DNA of 64,000 bases. It comes from a virus (Duplodnaviria; Caudoviricetes). The stretch spans positions 32,001 through 96,000 of IMG/VR virus record IMGVR_UViG_3300034171_000062; one strand, 5' to 3'. The notes beneath the pieces were generated by a model, which worked only from the letters and a program-made list of their open reading frames with translations, searched no databases and was not told where the DNA came from. Both the position numbers and the translations under genes were made by a program. Position 1 is the first letter of the stretch. Every line of letters begins with the position of its first letter. Positions 48,857-58,811 of the stretch are shown one piece after another.

Positions 48857-48869
48857 GGGGGGGGGGGGG
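48857..48869. repeat. G13 homopolymer
   Basis: 13 consecutive G between the fibre stop codon and the terminator. Confidence 0.9.
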
Positions 48870-48872
48870 AGT

Positions 48873-50516
48873 TTACTGCCACTGAGGTGGCCATACCACG
48901 CGCCAGGCGCCACTGACGAACGCGTGCAACTGACCGCCCACTTCCCGAAGGGAGAGCGATTCTGCCACGTTCTTTTGCACATACTCAGTTAGCACGTTGG
49001 TCAAACGCCCACTGACGTAAGATTCGACTAAGGCCGGGGTCATGTACCGATCGATGGCGGTGCCTGAGACGGCTTCTGTCTCATTGGCGACCGGGAAGTT
49101 CTCCACCAGACCTAACCCGGTCTGCTCCTTCGTAACCGCGTGGGGGTTGGTCTTGTCGTTAACGTGCGCAGTTAACTGATCCCCTGCAATCTTCTCGATG
49201 GCTTCTCTAACCCGCATGGGCGTCATGTACCGAGTGTTGCTGGCGCCCGATTCTGCTTCGGCTGTATCGGCTATCTGTAGGTTCTCAACGCTACCTAAGC
49301 CCACCTGCGCCTTACTGACGTTGTGGGGGTTGTTAATGGCGTTAACGTGCGCATTAAACGCCTGCCCGACTAACTCGTCGATGGCAGACGCCACCACCGT
49401 GGGCGACATGTATCGATCGCCACGCGTGGCTTCACGCCCGTCGGCCTCATCCGCCATTGGGTAGTTTTGCACGGCCGACAATCCGACCTGAGCCTTAGTG
49501 ACGTTGTGTGGGTTCGACTCGTCATTGATGTGGGCCTGCATCCGATCGCCAAAGAGAGTCTGTACTCCGGCCTTCATGGTAGCTGGGGTAACGAATCGAT
49601 TGGTGGCCGATCCGGCCTCCGCTTCCTCGACAGTCGCATCCGGATAGTTAGACACCGACCCCAACCCGGCCTGCGCCTTGGTCACGTTGTGGGGGTTGTC
49701 GGTTCTCGCCGTATGGGCGTTGAACGGAAGAGTGGCCTGTTCGTTAATTGCCTGAGCCACTCGAAGTGCCGTCATGAACCGAGCGTTGGACGTTCCGTCT
49801 CGTGCCTCTAATTCCGTCGCGGTGCGGTAGTTATCAAGTAACCCGAGTCCCACCTGAGCCTTAGTGACTACGTGTGGGTTGTCAGTACGGGCTTCGTGAC
49901 TGTGCAGTTCGTCGCGTACTTCTTCCGCCCGTACCAACGCTTTCTGATACCGGTCTTCGATCATCGCCTTGAGTTCGTCGTGAGACGCGATGTCGCCGTA
50001 CAGAACGGCCTGCCGGATGCCGTTCAACGCCTCGACTACAAATTCAAACCCATACAGGTCGCCCAAGTCATGAAGGTGCTTGGAGGGGGGGAATGCATCG
50101 GGCCGCCCCAAAAGATCGCCCCACATGACCTCACGTTCATCCAGGTTCAAATTCTCGATGAGGTCGATGATAACCTGAGTGATGTTCGCGTAGTCCCCAC
50201 CCAATACTTGGTAGTTGATGGACAGCTCGTTGGACACCTCAGGATCGGTGACGATGAGGCCGGCACATACTTCTTTACCTGACCGTTCTGACGGATCGGC
50301 GTAGTACATGATCGGAATGTACTGATCGTTCGGAACCAGTATTTCGCCGGTGTCGGCGTCGGTGACCACCAACGACTCGGTAAAAAACGCCCCGTAACGA
50401 GGAACCGCCGCGCGGTTGATGCCCGGTTCCAATGTGTGTAGTTCGCCTAAGATATTATTCTCAGGCGCCGTCCCTGTCAAATCCAGGGGATACTTTATGA
50501 CGTAGTTCTCGCTCAT
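48873..50516 (-). CDS. phiKZ-like tail fibre/baseplate protein with NPH repeats
   Basis: N-terminal YPLDLTG...N.I.GE.H domain; five H...NPHxV(T/S)KxQxGLG-type repeats. Confidence 0.85.
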   Translation of the reverse strand: MSENYVIKYPLDLTGTAPENNILGELHTLEPGINRAAVPRYGAFFTESLVVTDADTGEILVPNDQYIPIMYYADPSERSGKEVCAGLIVTDPEVSNELSINYQVLGGDYANITQVIIDLIENLNLDEREVMWGDLLGRPDAFPPSKHLHDLGDLYGFEFVVEALNGIRQAVLYGDIASHDELKAMIEDRYQKALVRAEEVRDELHSHEARTDNPHVVTKAQVGLGLLDNYRTATELEARDGTSNARFMTALRVAQAINEQATLPFNAHTARTDNPHNVTKAQAGLGSVSNYPDATVEEAEAGSATNRFVTPATMKAGVQTLFGDRMQAHINDESNPHNVTKAQVGLSAVQNYPMADEADGREATRGDRYMSPTVVASAIDELVGQAFNAHVNAINNPHNVSKAQVGLGSVENLQIADTAEAESGASNTRYMTPMRVREAIEKIAGDQLTAHVNDKTNPHAVTKEQTGLGLVENFPVANETEAVSGTAIDRYMTPALVESYVSGRLTNVLTEYVQKNVAESLSLREVGGQLHAFVSGAWRVVWPPQWQ

Positions 50517-50543
50517 GGCAGTAACCTTTTAAACGTTCGGAAG

Positions 50544-50984
50544 TCAGGGGGTCTTGGCATCGTTAAAGCAAGGCGCCTCACCGGAGTAGTCTGCGATGCG
50601 ACGTTCCAGACGGTCGTCGGCTGAGATCTGCCGCTTCTTGTTGTATCGTCGCCATCCCATAACACGCACGGCCCAGTACATCAATAAAGCGATGTGTGAC
50701 GGCACCCCTTCCTCTAACATTGCTCTATGAAACAACGCGTCGGCTACGGCACGAGAGACCGACGTACCGGAATAGAGAAAGTCGTGTAACAACGCGGACC
50801 AACGGGCCCACCCTTTAAATAGTGAAAACAACACTGGGACGTGCGGAACGCTGTCCAAGTCGGTGACCAAACCTCGCGGTATGGTAAACCCATAACAATC
50901 CCAGTCTTCATTCACTACCCAAAAATGTCGGGTAGGCAAAGGACTAAGGGACGGCAGTTTTAAATGCTCTTTAACCTCGGACAT
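50544..50984 (-). CDS. DUF1353-family protein
   Basis: TIPRGLVTDLDSVP...ALLHDFLY...ADALF..AM. Confidence 0.85.
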   Translation of the reverse strand: MSEVKEHLKLPSLSPLPTRHFWVVNEDWDCYGFTIPRGLVTDLDSVPHVPVLFSLFKGWARWSALLHDFLYSGTSVSRAVADALFHRAMLEEGVPSHIALLMYWAVRVMGWRRYNKKRQISADDRLERRIADYSGEAPCFNDAKTP

Positions 50985-51079
50985 ACGGCGTCCCTTGTTC
51001 TATTCAATATTGAATTATCGGTGGTACTCATAAAGATATCGCCGAGCCCAGGACCTTAGTCGAGGGATCGGGCGACGTC

Positions 51080-51658
51080 TTAAACATTTGGGTCGTTCGG
51101 CGTACCGCGCAAAACTTCTAAGTCGGCAATGATGGATGTGTAGGTTGTCTCTAAATCTGAAATCAGGGCGACGCGTAGAGCTTGCTTACCCAACAGTCGG
51201 ATGTTTCGAATCGCTAACACAATGCTTTTATACCCAGCTATCTGAGTTTCTATGTCGTTCACCACCCAAGTCAGAGTTTCGCCGGTAACTTGCTGCCACA
51301 CGGAGATTTCGGGTGGGACGGCGTTTGGATCGGCGCCCGCGCTTTGCCAAGACAACAGAACTTCTTCAACCTGTTTGTACTCCAAGTCAATGGTGTTTGA
51401 ACCCACTTCTAGATGCGATTGACGGATGTCGTCAGCGTACTCGTCAACCTTTAAGATAAGGGCATTTCGGCTGGTGTGCCAGATTCCGGGGGCGCGCTCG
51501 AGAATGGCGTCAACTTCTGGTTGGGTGAGTTCGACCATATCGGGGTCGAGTACTTCGGTAGCACTGTACGCAATCTCTTGACTCAACTCGTTGCGAACGA
51601 TTAACCTTACGTTGCCTCGGTAGTCTGAGGTGTTGGTCATAACGTATTTAACAAACAC
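51080..51658 (-). CDS. tail-fibre-associated hypothetical protein (possible chaperone)
   Basis: Position after fibre genes; helical C-terminal half. Confidence 0.6.
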   Translation of the reverse strand: MFVKYVMTNTSDYRGNVRLIVRNELSQEIAYSATEVLDPDMVELTQPEVDAILERAPGIWHTSRNALILKVDEYADDIRQSHLEVGSNTIDLEYKQVEEVLLSWQSAGADPNAVPPEISVWQQVTGETLTWVVNDIETQIAGYKSIVLAIRNIRLLGKQALRVALISDLETTYTSIIADLEVLRGTPNDPNV

Positions 51659-51676
51659 GAGGTAGCCTCACTTAAC

Positions 51677-52156
51677 TTACGCGGTTGACCCTTTCAAATA
51701 CTTAAGGGTGACGATCGCCTGGAAATCGGTGCGGTCACTTTCAGTAGCCACCATGATCTCGGTGTCGTTCATCCAGATGGCAATTTGATCGGTGGTGGAT
51801 TTGCCTTTTTTCTTCCAGGTGATCGAACTGGTGTGGGGGAGGGGTAACGTAAGGCCCGTCGAGGTTTGAAACACGAACGAATTGCCAGTATCGATCCAAC
51901 GCTCTCCCACCATACTCCACTCACCGACGATGTTCGACGGTATGATCAACGCCTTAGTGGTAGTGTCCGGTAAGGTACCGAAGTTGAGTATCACACCCCA
52001 CATCTCACGGCCGTCTATGATTGCGCCGGTGAAGTATGGCGTATTATAATCGGTTGCGTTCAGGCGGGAAGTTTTAATTTTACTTTGGATTTGAGCGGCA
52101 AATTCTTGAATCGATTGGTCTACTGCTGCTACTTGCACATCAAACCGACTGGGCAT
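51677..52156 (-). CDS. tail-fibre-associated protein
   Basis: YFTG..IDGR.....NFGTLP...TLKYLK resembles fibre-tip modules. Confidence 0.6.
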   Translation of the reverse strand: MPSRFDVQVAAVDQSIQEFAAQIQSKIKTSRLNATDYNTPYFTGAIIDGREMWGVILNFGTLPDTTTKALIIPSNIVGEWSMVGERWIDTGNSFVFQTSTGLTLPLPHTSSITWKKKGKSTTDQIAIWMNDTEIMVATESDRTDFQAIVTLKYLKGSTA

Positions 52157-52172
52157 AATTGCCTCCGACGTT

Positions 52173-52201
52173 AAAAACGGAGGGACGTTAGTCCCTCCGT
52201 T
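52173..52201 (-). terminator. intrinsic terminator
   Basis: AACGGAGGGAC/GTCCCTCCGTT stem plus T-tract on the - strand. Confidence 0.75.
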
Positions 52202-52229
52202 GTCTTCGCACTTCAGTTACTGCCGTTTA

Positions 52230-53381
52230 TTACGACGCTTGAAGACTTGCCAGAGCGTCGGTGAATGCGGTTTCCAGAGACGTCAACGCAGCCGCTGTAT
52301 CGACTTCCATTGCATCACGAACCCCTTTCACGCCTGCTGGAGTTACAAACAGGTTGGTGGCGGTACCAGTGACGGTTTCAGGAACCGTCGCAGTTGCAAA
52401 GTTATCAACCGAACCAAGACCAACGTCAGCTGCTGTGACCGCATCGATCGCGGCAATGGCAGCATCGATGTCAGCTTGAGTAGCTTTGGCATCGATCTGT
52501 GACTGAAGGCCAGACGCGACAGCGTCCGTGTGTGCCTTGGTCAGAGCCGGCGTCATGTACTTATCAGTCACCAGACCGGCAACCGCTTCTGGGCTGGTGG
52601 CAACTGCGTAGTTAGCAACGTTACCAAGACCAACGCTTGCGGAAGTCAGGGCAGCAACGGCCGCATCGATGTCGTCTTGATCAGCTTTAGCGCCGATCTG
52701 AGCAGTCAGTCCGTCGATGATGTCTGGGTTGTTTTCCAGAGCCGCCGCCAGTTCAGCGATGGTGTCCAGAGTAGCCGGGGCAGAACCAACCTTCTGGCTC
52801 CAGAACGCATCCATAACGTGCCACAGAACCTGAGTGGTCATGAACTTGTCGGCAGTTACAACACGAACGACCAGCTTGTCGCCAACGGTAGCGCCAGTGG
52901 TCAGGGTGACTGTGTCGCTGGGGACGTCGATGGTGTAGTTAGCATCGCTGATGCGGTTGTCGTTCAGTTCAACGTAAACAACGGCACCGTCTTCCAGTTC
53001 CAGAGTCGCTGCGTTATCATCAACGCCGGAGAACGCCGTCTGACCTTCAGTAGCGGTGTACAGGAAGCCGATACCCGCCGCTTCAAGTTCAGTCGCTGAC
53101 GCGAAGTTGTCAACCATATCCAGACCAACCTGAGCGGCAGTAACGCCGTGCGGGTTGTCAGTACGAGCAATGTGAAGGTCCAGGGAGTCTTGAACGTTTT
53201 GAACGGTCAGACCGGTGGTACCCGCAATCAGTTCAACCACTTCGTTGAGAGTCAGACCCTCAAGTTTGCCGGAGTTGGTCGCATAGTCAGCGCTGGAGGC
53301 GCTCTGAAGCTGAGTTTTCAGTTCGGCGGCAAATGCGAGAATCGCATTACGAACCGCAGTATTTTGAGTATCGTACGACAT
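52230..53381 (-). CDS. tail fibre-like protein
   Basis: NPHGVTAAQVGL repeat, YTATEGQTAF beta module, APATLDTIAELAAAL motif. Confidence 0.8.
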   Translation of the reverse strand: MSYDTQNTAVRNAILAFAAELKTQLQSASSADYATNSGKLEGLTLNEVVELIAGTTGLTVQNVQDSLDLHIARTDNPHGVTAAQVGLDMVDNFASATELEAAGIGFLYTATEGQTAFSGVDDNAATLELEDGAVVYVELNDNRISDANYTIDVPSDTVTLTTGATVGDKLVVRVVTADKFMTTQVLWHVMDAFWSQKVGSAPATLDTIAELAAALENNPDIIDGLTAQIGAKADQDDIDAAVAALTSASVGLGNVANYAVATSPEAVAGLVTDKYMTPALTKAHTDAVASGLQSQIDAKATQADIDAAIAAIDAVTAADVGLGSVDNFATATVPETVTGTATNLFVTPAGVKGVRDAMEVDTAAALTSLETAFTDALASLQAS

Positions 53382-53510
53382 AAGGAGTTGACCTTTAAGT
53401 TCGTGTTAATGTGAAACCAGTTACGAAGCGTACTGTGCCATGGCATTCGTCGGATCGACACTGGAACAGATGTGTCTTCCATAGCATGTGTAGTTTTTTA
53501 TGCGTTCATA

Positions 53511-54200
53511 TTAGGCGACCGATATAGAATCAATGATTCGCTTTTGAACCTGGGGATTTCTGAAGTCGTTTACTGCACTGCCAAGTAGCGTGCGACCGTC
53601 CGAATAGACGTGAGGACTTCTGATGTAGCGGTCCTTATAGTCCAAGTCATACAGCACATCGCCACGAGTATTCAAAATGTTACCTCGATACCGAACTTCA
53701 GCCAAGACGTCACGCAGTTCCCAGGAGTCGTCTTTATCGATGACTCGCACGTGATGTACGTTGTATACCACCAACATCGAATCGTCGTCAAGATTGTATC
53801 GACGTGTGGCGGTATTGAGATCCATCATTCGAGTGTGGGCGTTGCTTCGATTTCTTGACGCTTCGCCCTTTAGTACCACGGCGTAAAAATGTCGACGGAT
53901 GCGAGTGAGTAGTTCCCCGACGTCGATCTCCAAAGTCCCGGCGGTGAAGCTAAACGTCCGTTCGCCGGTAAATGGTGACTGGTACGATTTACTGCGGTCT
54001 TCCCAGTCTTTCGCTGCCGAAGGTTGCACACCACCTTCAACAAAACTGATGTCGTAGGTAATCACACGCATCCGCACAGGCGGGGGCGCCGAATAGATCC
54101 GAATGTTCACTGGCTTTACATACGCCACGATCGACTCGGTCTGTCTGGCGCTGAACCCAGAACACAGGAACACCCCGGATAGGGCGTTGCTCATAGCCAT
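53511..54200 (-). CDS. hypothetical protein
   Basis: 229-aa ORF; AGGAG RBS. Confidence 0.7.
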   Translation of the reverse strand: MAMSNALSGVFLCSGFSARQTESIVAYVKPVNIRIYSAPPPVRMRVITYDISFVEGGVQPSAAKDWEDRSKSYQSPFTGERTFSFTAGTLEIDVGELLTRIRRHFYAVVLKGEASRNRSNAHTRMMDLNTATRRYNLDDDSMLVVYNVHHVRVIDKDDSWELRDVLAEVRYRGNILNTRGDVLYDLDYKDRYIRSPHVYSDGRTLLGSAVNDFRNPQVQKRIIDSISVA

Positions 54201-54256
54201 CTCCTAATTAATGCCAGTTAAAGCACGGGCAGAAAACACTGCCCGTTTGAGTACGA

Positions 54257-57112
54257 TCAATCGATGGACAAGTACAACTCGCCGCTGTCGCCACCGGTCA
54301 ACCAACCGCCTTCCCCAGAACCGATGCTCCAGAGAAGTACATCCGCTGGGGTGGTGGGTACTGCCGACCAGAAACGTCCTCCATCTACGCTTCTAAGTAG
54401 CCGATTGTCTAACGTCAGTGCTACCCACAGGTTGTATTTATCGACGACCAGTTCTTTGATCTGTCGGATGTGTTCGATCTGTTGCCATGCGCCGTTGGCG
54501 GCACTGTATCGGTGATGGAGACCGCCTGTTTCAACCGCGACTATGTGTCCGTTGAAGTCCACTTCCACGTGATCGATCTGTTCCGTGTTAGGCACGCCGT
54601 TAACCAACGCTTCGGTTCCAAGGCCCGACCACACGTACAGACCGCTGGCGGTCGCAAGATACACTTCCTGGGATTGGGTCAGCGCGGCGTCTGAGATAGT
54701 AGGCAACGTACTGAGATCAACCGGAGTTTCCCAGGTCGCACCGCCGTCGTTACTTTCTACCAGACCCGTAGCTCCAACGACCACCACATACGAGGCGCCG
54801 ATGTTGTCTACTGACGTGACGGATTGACCGAACGCCGTTACTGGCGTCCAGTTGATACCGCCGTCGGTCGTGCGATACACGTCGCCATCGATCGTTACAA
54901 AGACCCACGTTAATCCCGTTAAGTATCGAACAAACGCAATGTCTTTCGTAACCCCTGAGGTGACTGGGGTCCAGTTCACGCCGTTATCGGTACTGTACCC
55001 CATGAGCCCATTCGACCCAACCGCGATCCACCGATTACTTGGGCCGCCGTCTAGATCGAAAATCCGATCCGTGGTCTGCGTGAAGATCCCGTTCACCGAC
55101 CCTTCTTGCAACTTAATAACGTTTCCTCCGTTTAACGCCCACATACCGTCTTCGAACGAGGTGGTGAGGTTATTGGTAAGGACGGTTATTTGTTGATTGG
55201 TGACGTACGTATCGCCAGCGATGGTTTCAATACTTGAAACAATCTCATCTCGGGTCAGACCGTCCAACTTCTGAGAGTCGACTGCAACGCCATCGACGTC
55301 CAACTTCTGAAGAAGGAATGCCTCAATCTCGTCTCGAGCGTATCCGTTCAAGAGGTCGATGGTGACGTTGTGGGGGTTGTTTTGATCGATTACGTGATCG
55401 GTCAAAATAGTGTCTTGATCCGTTTGGGTGGTCTCCAACGTGTTCAAACGGTTAGACAAGTTACCGTAGTTCCCTGTGATGTACGAGTCAATCGCCCATT
55501 TGGCGCCCTGAGGGGTGATGAACCGATCGCTCCGAGTGCCCCCACGCGCATCGGGTTCAAGGGCGGTTGCGAAATTGTCAACGTTGCTCAATCCTAGCTG
55601 AGCCTTGGTCACCTGATGGGGGTTGTCGATGCGGTTCACATGCGCCGATAAATCCGATCCCACCCCAGCGGCGATGTAGTCTGCGACAACTTTCGGAGTG
55701 ACGTAGTGAGACGGCGACGTTCCCAAGGTCATAACTGGAGCCGTAGCAACTGGGTAATTACTTACCTTATCCAGACCCACCTGAGCCTTAGTCACGTTGT
55801 GTGGGTTGTTGGTATCGGCTGGGTGTTCCCCCAACGTCCCGCCAACCAACTCATTGACGGTAAGGCGCACCCCGTAAGGCGTCATGTACCGATCCAAGGC
55901 GGTGGCCGCCTTAGCTTCTTCTTCTGAAGCAACTGCAAAGTTCTGCACGGCCGCCAGACCCACTTGACCTTTAGTCACCTGATGGGGGTTGTTACGATCC
56001 GACACGTGGTCGCCCAACGGACCCGTGACCATCTCGTTGATCAACAGTTTGGTGTGGTACGGCGACATGAAGTAATCCGCCGAGTTACCAGCTTCTGCGA
56101 CCACAACCGTTGCCATGGGTAAGTTCGGCACGGCCGCCAAACCCACTTGCGCCTTGGTAACAAGATGAGGGTTGTCTTGGCGTTGCAAGTGTTCCGCCAC
56201 GCCGACCCCAACCTTCTCTTCCAACAAACTAACCACGTTCGCCGGGGTCATGTAGTGACTGGTGCTGACGCCTTCTCTAGCCGTGGCATTGTCTGCCGGC
56301 GGGTAGTCTGCGACTTGACTCAATCCCACTTGCGCCTTACTGACGTTGTGGGGGTTTTCCAGATCGTCTCGATGCTGACGAAACTCGTCCCCTATTTGAA
56401 ACGCTATAGCGCTCCGCACTCGCGCCGGGGTCATGTAACGGGTGTTGAGCGTACCCTCATTGCCTTCGTTGATGCTGGCTATGGGGTAGTTCTGCAACAG
56501 AGACAATCCGACCTGAGTCTTGGTCACGTTGTGTGGGTTCGACTCGTCATTGATGTGTTGGGTAACAACGTTCGTCCCAGCCCCACCGTCTTCGATGGCT
56601 TGACGAACACCTTCAAGACTGTCAACGACTTCTGACGCGCCAACTAAGTCCACCAAATCCCACTCGTGATCGATGACTGGGAAGGTGGCCGGTTGTTCAA
56701 CAACTTGTTCCCACGTAGTGATGCGTGGGTTGTTCATGACGTCGGCCAGCATCTCTGCGGCTTTCTCTTCGTTGATCGTCCAAGGTCCGCCAAGGGTGTT
56801 GTACGTAACTTCCAGTACCCCGGTCAACTGACGGTCGTAGATAGAGATTGCCCCATACACCGGTCGTGCGGTCGCCCTCGATGCCCCTAGGAACTGATAC
56901 CCTAGAACAAAATCAATGCCATCGATGAGTTCTCTACCACTGGGCCAGTGGCGTATGGTTAGGTTTTCTTTGAAGAATGGCCCAGCCAGAGGCACCACGA
57001 AGTAAAAATCCGTGTAGTCCGGTGGGTTGATCGTGTGACGTTCATTGATGATGCGATTACTGCTCACCTGACCCGTAGGATCAAACGGATAAGCATACTG
57101 TTGTTCACTCAT
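54257..57112 (-). CDS. phiKZ-like tail fibre with NPH repeats and C-terminal Asp-box beta-propeller
   Basis: YPFDPTG N-domain; seven NPH repeats; S/TxDxGxxW boxes (STDNGVNW, TTDGGINW, SNDGGATW, SVDGGRFW). Confidence 0.85.
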   Translation of the reverse strand: MSEQQYAYPFDPTGQVSSNRIINERHTINPPDYTDFYFVVPLAGPFFKENLTIRHWPSGRELIDGIDFVLGYQFLGASRATARPVYGAISIYDRQLTGVLEVTYNTLGGPWTINEEKAAEMLADVMNNPRITTWEQVVEQPATFPVIDHEWDLVDLVGASEVVDSLEGVRQAIEDGGAGTNVVTQHINDESNPHNVTKTQVGLSLLQNYPIASINEGNEGTLNTRYMTPARVRSAIAFQIGDEFRQHRDDLENPHNVSKAQVGLSQVADYPPADNATAREGVSTSHYMTPANVVSLLEEKVGVGVAEHLQRQDNPHLVTKAQVGLAAVPNLPMATVVVAEAGNSADYFMSPYHTKLLINEMVTGPLGDHVSDRNNPHQVTKGQVGLAAVQNFAVASEEEAKAATALDRYMTPYGVRLTVNELVGGTLGEHPADTNNPHNVTKAQVGLDKVSNYPVATAPVMTLGTSPSHYVTPKVVADYIAAGVGSDLSAHVNRIDNPHQVTKAQLGLSNVDNFATALEPDARGGTRSDRFITPQGAKWAIDSYITGNYGNLSNRLNTLETTQTDQDTILTDHVIDQNNPHNVTIDLLNGYARDEIEAFLLQKLDVDGVAVDSQKLDGLTRDEIVSSIETIAGDTYVTNQQITVLTNNLTTSFEDGMWALNGGNVIKLQEGSVNGIFTQTTDRIFDLDGGPSNRWIAVGSNGLMGYSTDNGVNWTPVTSGVTKDIAFVRYLTGLTWVFVTIDGDVYRTTDGGINWTPVTAFGQSVTSVDNIGASYVVVVGATGLVESNDGGATWETPVDLSTLPTISDAALTQSQEVYLATASGLYVWSGLGTEALVNGVPNTEQIDHVEVDFNGHIVAVETGGLHHRYSAANGAWQQIEHIRQIKELVVDKYNLWVALTLDNRLLRSVDGGRFWSAVPTTPADVLLWSIGSGEGGWLTGGDSGELYLSID

Positions 57113-57229
57113 GTGACGATCCTTTGATTAAAAGGAGTGAAATCCTATAGAGAGCTTCTATATTTACCATATCATTTAACCGACGGTCCACGGCCTCCCG
57201 TGACTGAGACCCATCGAAGGAGAGATTCC

Positions 57230-58474
57230 ATGCGGTATACGTACGTTCAAGCCATTGCTAAACCTAAGGCACGTGGGAGTCGTTGGATTGAGGTGGACCT
57301 TCAACACACCCAACTTCAAGTCCTGTTAAGTGACTACCATTCCGCCCAGATCGAGTTGGCTCACCCCACCCTTTCGAGCGAACAGTACCTGACGTTGGAT
57401 GCCATCCGTGAACGGGTCACCGACCAGTCACTTACGTTCGACGAATGGTTAGATACCTTAGGCGATGCCAGTCTTCCCACGGTGCTTGGTAAGCCTCAGT
57501 TGAAAACCGTCACCGTAGATCACCGCGACGGCTGGATGTCTGGGTTCAACGTAGAACCCACGAGGATGGGCTCGCACCCAGACAACGATTGGGCGGCCGA
57601 ACATGAAGTCGACCTCCTTCTTACGCGGCCCGATACAGATTATCGTAAACTTTATGACAACTGTCTGGTGACGGTCAATGGGTTGGTGCGGCAAACCTCA
57701 TACAGCGAACAGGGTCTCTACGTCGTAAACGGCGCTCAAGCCAAGGTCGGCAGTTCGGAAACCAACCTCTCCCTCACCGATTTTTCGAAACTTGGGGGAC
57801 TTGAGTTTGTTAACCTGACTAAAGAGATGCTCTACCGTCCTCAGGAGGCCGCCAAGCACTATCAGTACGCTCACCTGAACCTTGGGGTAGACACCGAGAA
57901 CCGGACCGTACTGTTGGTCTTAGGGGGGTACCTACACATCCTAGACAATCTATACAAAGAGATAGGAAACGGGTTGATTCAGATCGACTTCAACAATTAT
58001 CCCATGATCCAACGGTATTACGACTCGCGCAGTCTGATGAACGTGGCGTTACTCGACGCTCAGTTGGAGTCCTTCGAACAAAACGAGTCGCAACGAGTGG
58101 TGAGTGAGTTGTTGCGCAGTGAAACCACGATAGAGAACTTCCTGGACCTGCCAGAGAGTTTTGCCGTGGTGGTCAATACGCCGAACTTGTACGTGGAGAG
58201 GCATCAGGTAGAGAGATCCGGACTGCCTGGAATCTTCTTTTGGCACGACGTTCCTAGGTGGCCTTTATTGTGCCAACGTGGGAAGTTAAAAGAATACTGG
58301 GCGCAAGACGACGACGGCAAGTGGGTCATCAGTTGTGAAAGCAATCTGGTGCCAAACTACCAGTTCGAACACACGCATTACGAAACCCTGGTCAGTGTTA
58401 CTGATCATAAGGTACCGAGCAATCCGTACTACGCGGATCGAGGGTACTTGTTGGAGATCGGTAAAGACCTGTAA
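57230..58474 (+). CDS. phiKZ-like virion structural protein
   Basis: AAGGAG RBS; CLVTVNG and LVLGGYLH motifs; divergent from the fibre gene. Confidence 0.65.
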   Translation: MRYTYVQAIAKPKARGSRWIEVDLQHTQLQVLLSDYHSAQIELAHPTLSSEQYLTLDAIRERVTDQSLTFDEWLDTLGDASLPTVLGKPQLKTVTVDHRDGWMSGFNVEPTRMGSHPDNDWAAEHEVDLLLTRPDTDYRKLYDNCLVTVNGLVRQTSYSEQGLYVVNGAQAKVGSSETNLSLTDFSKLGGLEFVNLTKEMLYRPQEAAKHYQYAHLNLGVDTENRTVLLVLGGYLHILDNLYKEIGNGLIQIDFNNYPMIQRYYDSRSLMNVALLDAQLESFEQNESQRVVSELLRSETTIENFLDLPESFAVVVNTPNLYVERHQVERSGLPGIFFWHDVPRWPLLCQRGKLKEYWAQDDDGKWVISCESNLVPNYQFEHTHYETLVSVTDHKVPSNPYYADRGYLLEIGKDL

Positions 58475-58494
58475 CGCATTTGAAGAGGTGGTGG

Positions 58495-58704
58495 ATGTCC
58501 CTTTCCAAACTGACCAAACTCAGAGACGCCTACGCCGACAAAGTTAAGGCCCATCAGGACGCTACTCAAAGTAACGATAAAACCTCAATGACTAAAGCAA
58601 AGCGGACGATGAAGGCCGCGGGCAAGTCTTATCTCAAGGCCATATATGCAGCGGCAGAAACGCACTCCAAGACAGACGTCTGGGACGTCATACTGCCTGG
58701 GTAA
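58495..58704 (+). CDS. small helical protein
   Basis: GAGGTG RBS. Confidence 0.6.
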   Translation: MSLSKLTKLRDAYADKVKAHQDATQSNDKTSMTKAKRTMKAAGKSYLKAIYAAAETHSKTDVWDVILPG

Positions 58705-58729
58705 TCCGAAGTAACGCATAGGCAACGCG

Positions 58730-58768
58730 AAAATAAGGAGGGACCCATGGGTCCCTCCGTTTATGTCG
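58730..58768. terminator. probable bidirectional terminator
   Basis: GGAGGGACCC/GGGTCCCTCC stem between convergent genes; TTATGTCG on the + side. Confidence 0.8.
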
Positions 58769-58811
58769 TTTCGTTAAAATGGAAAAGACCGATCGCCTTC
58801 CGCATATTCGG

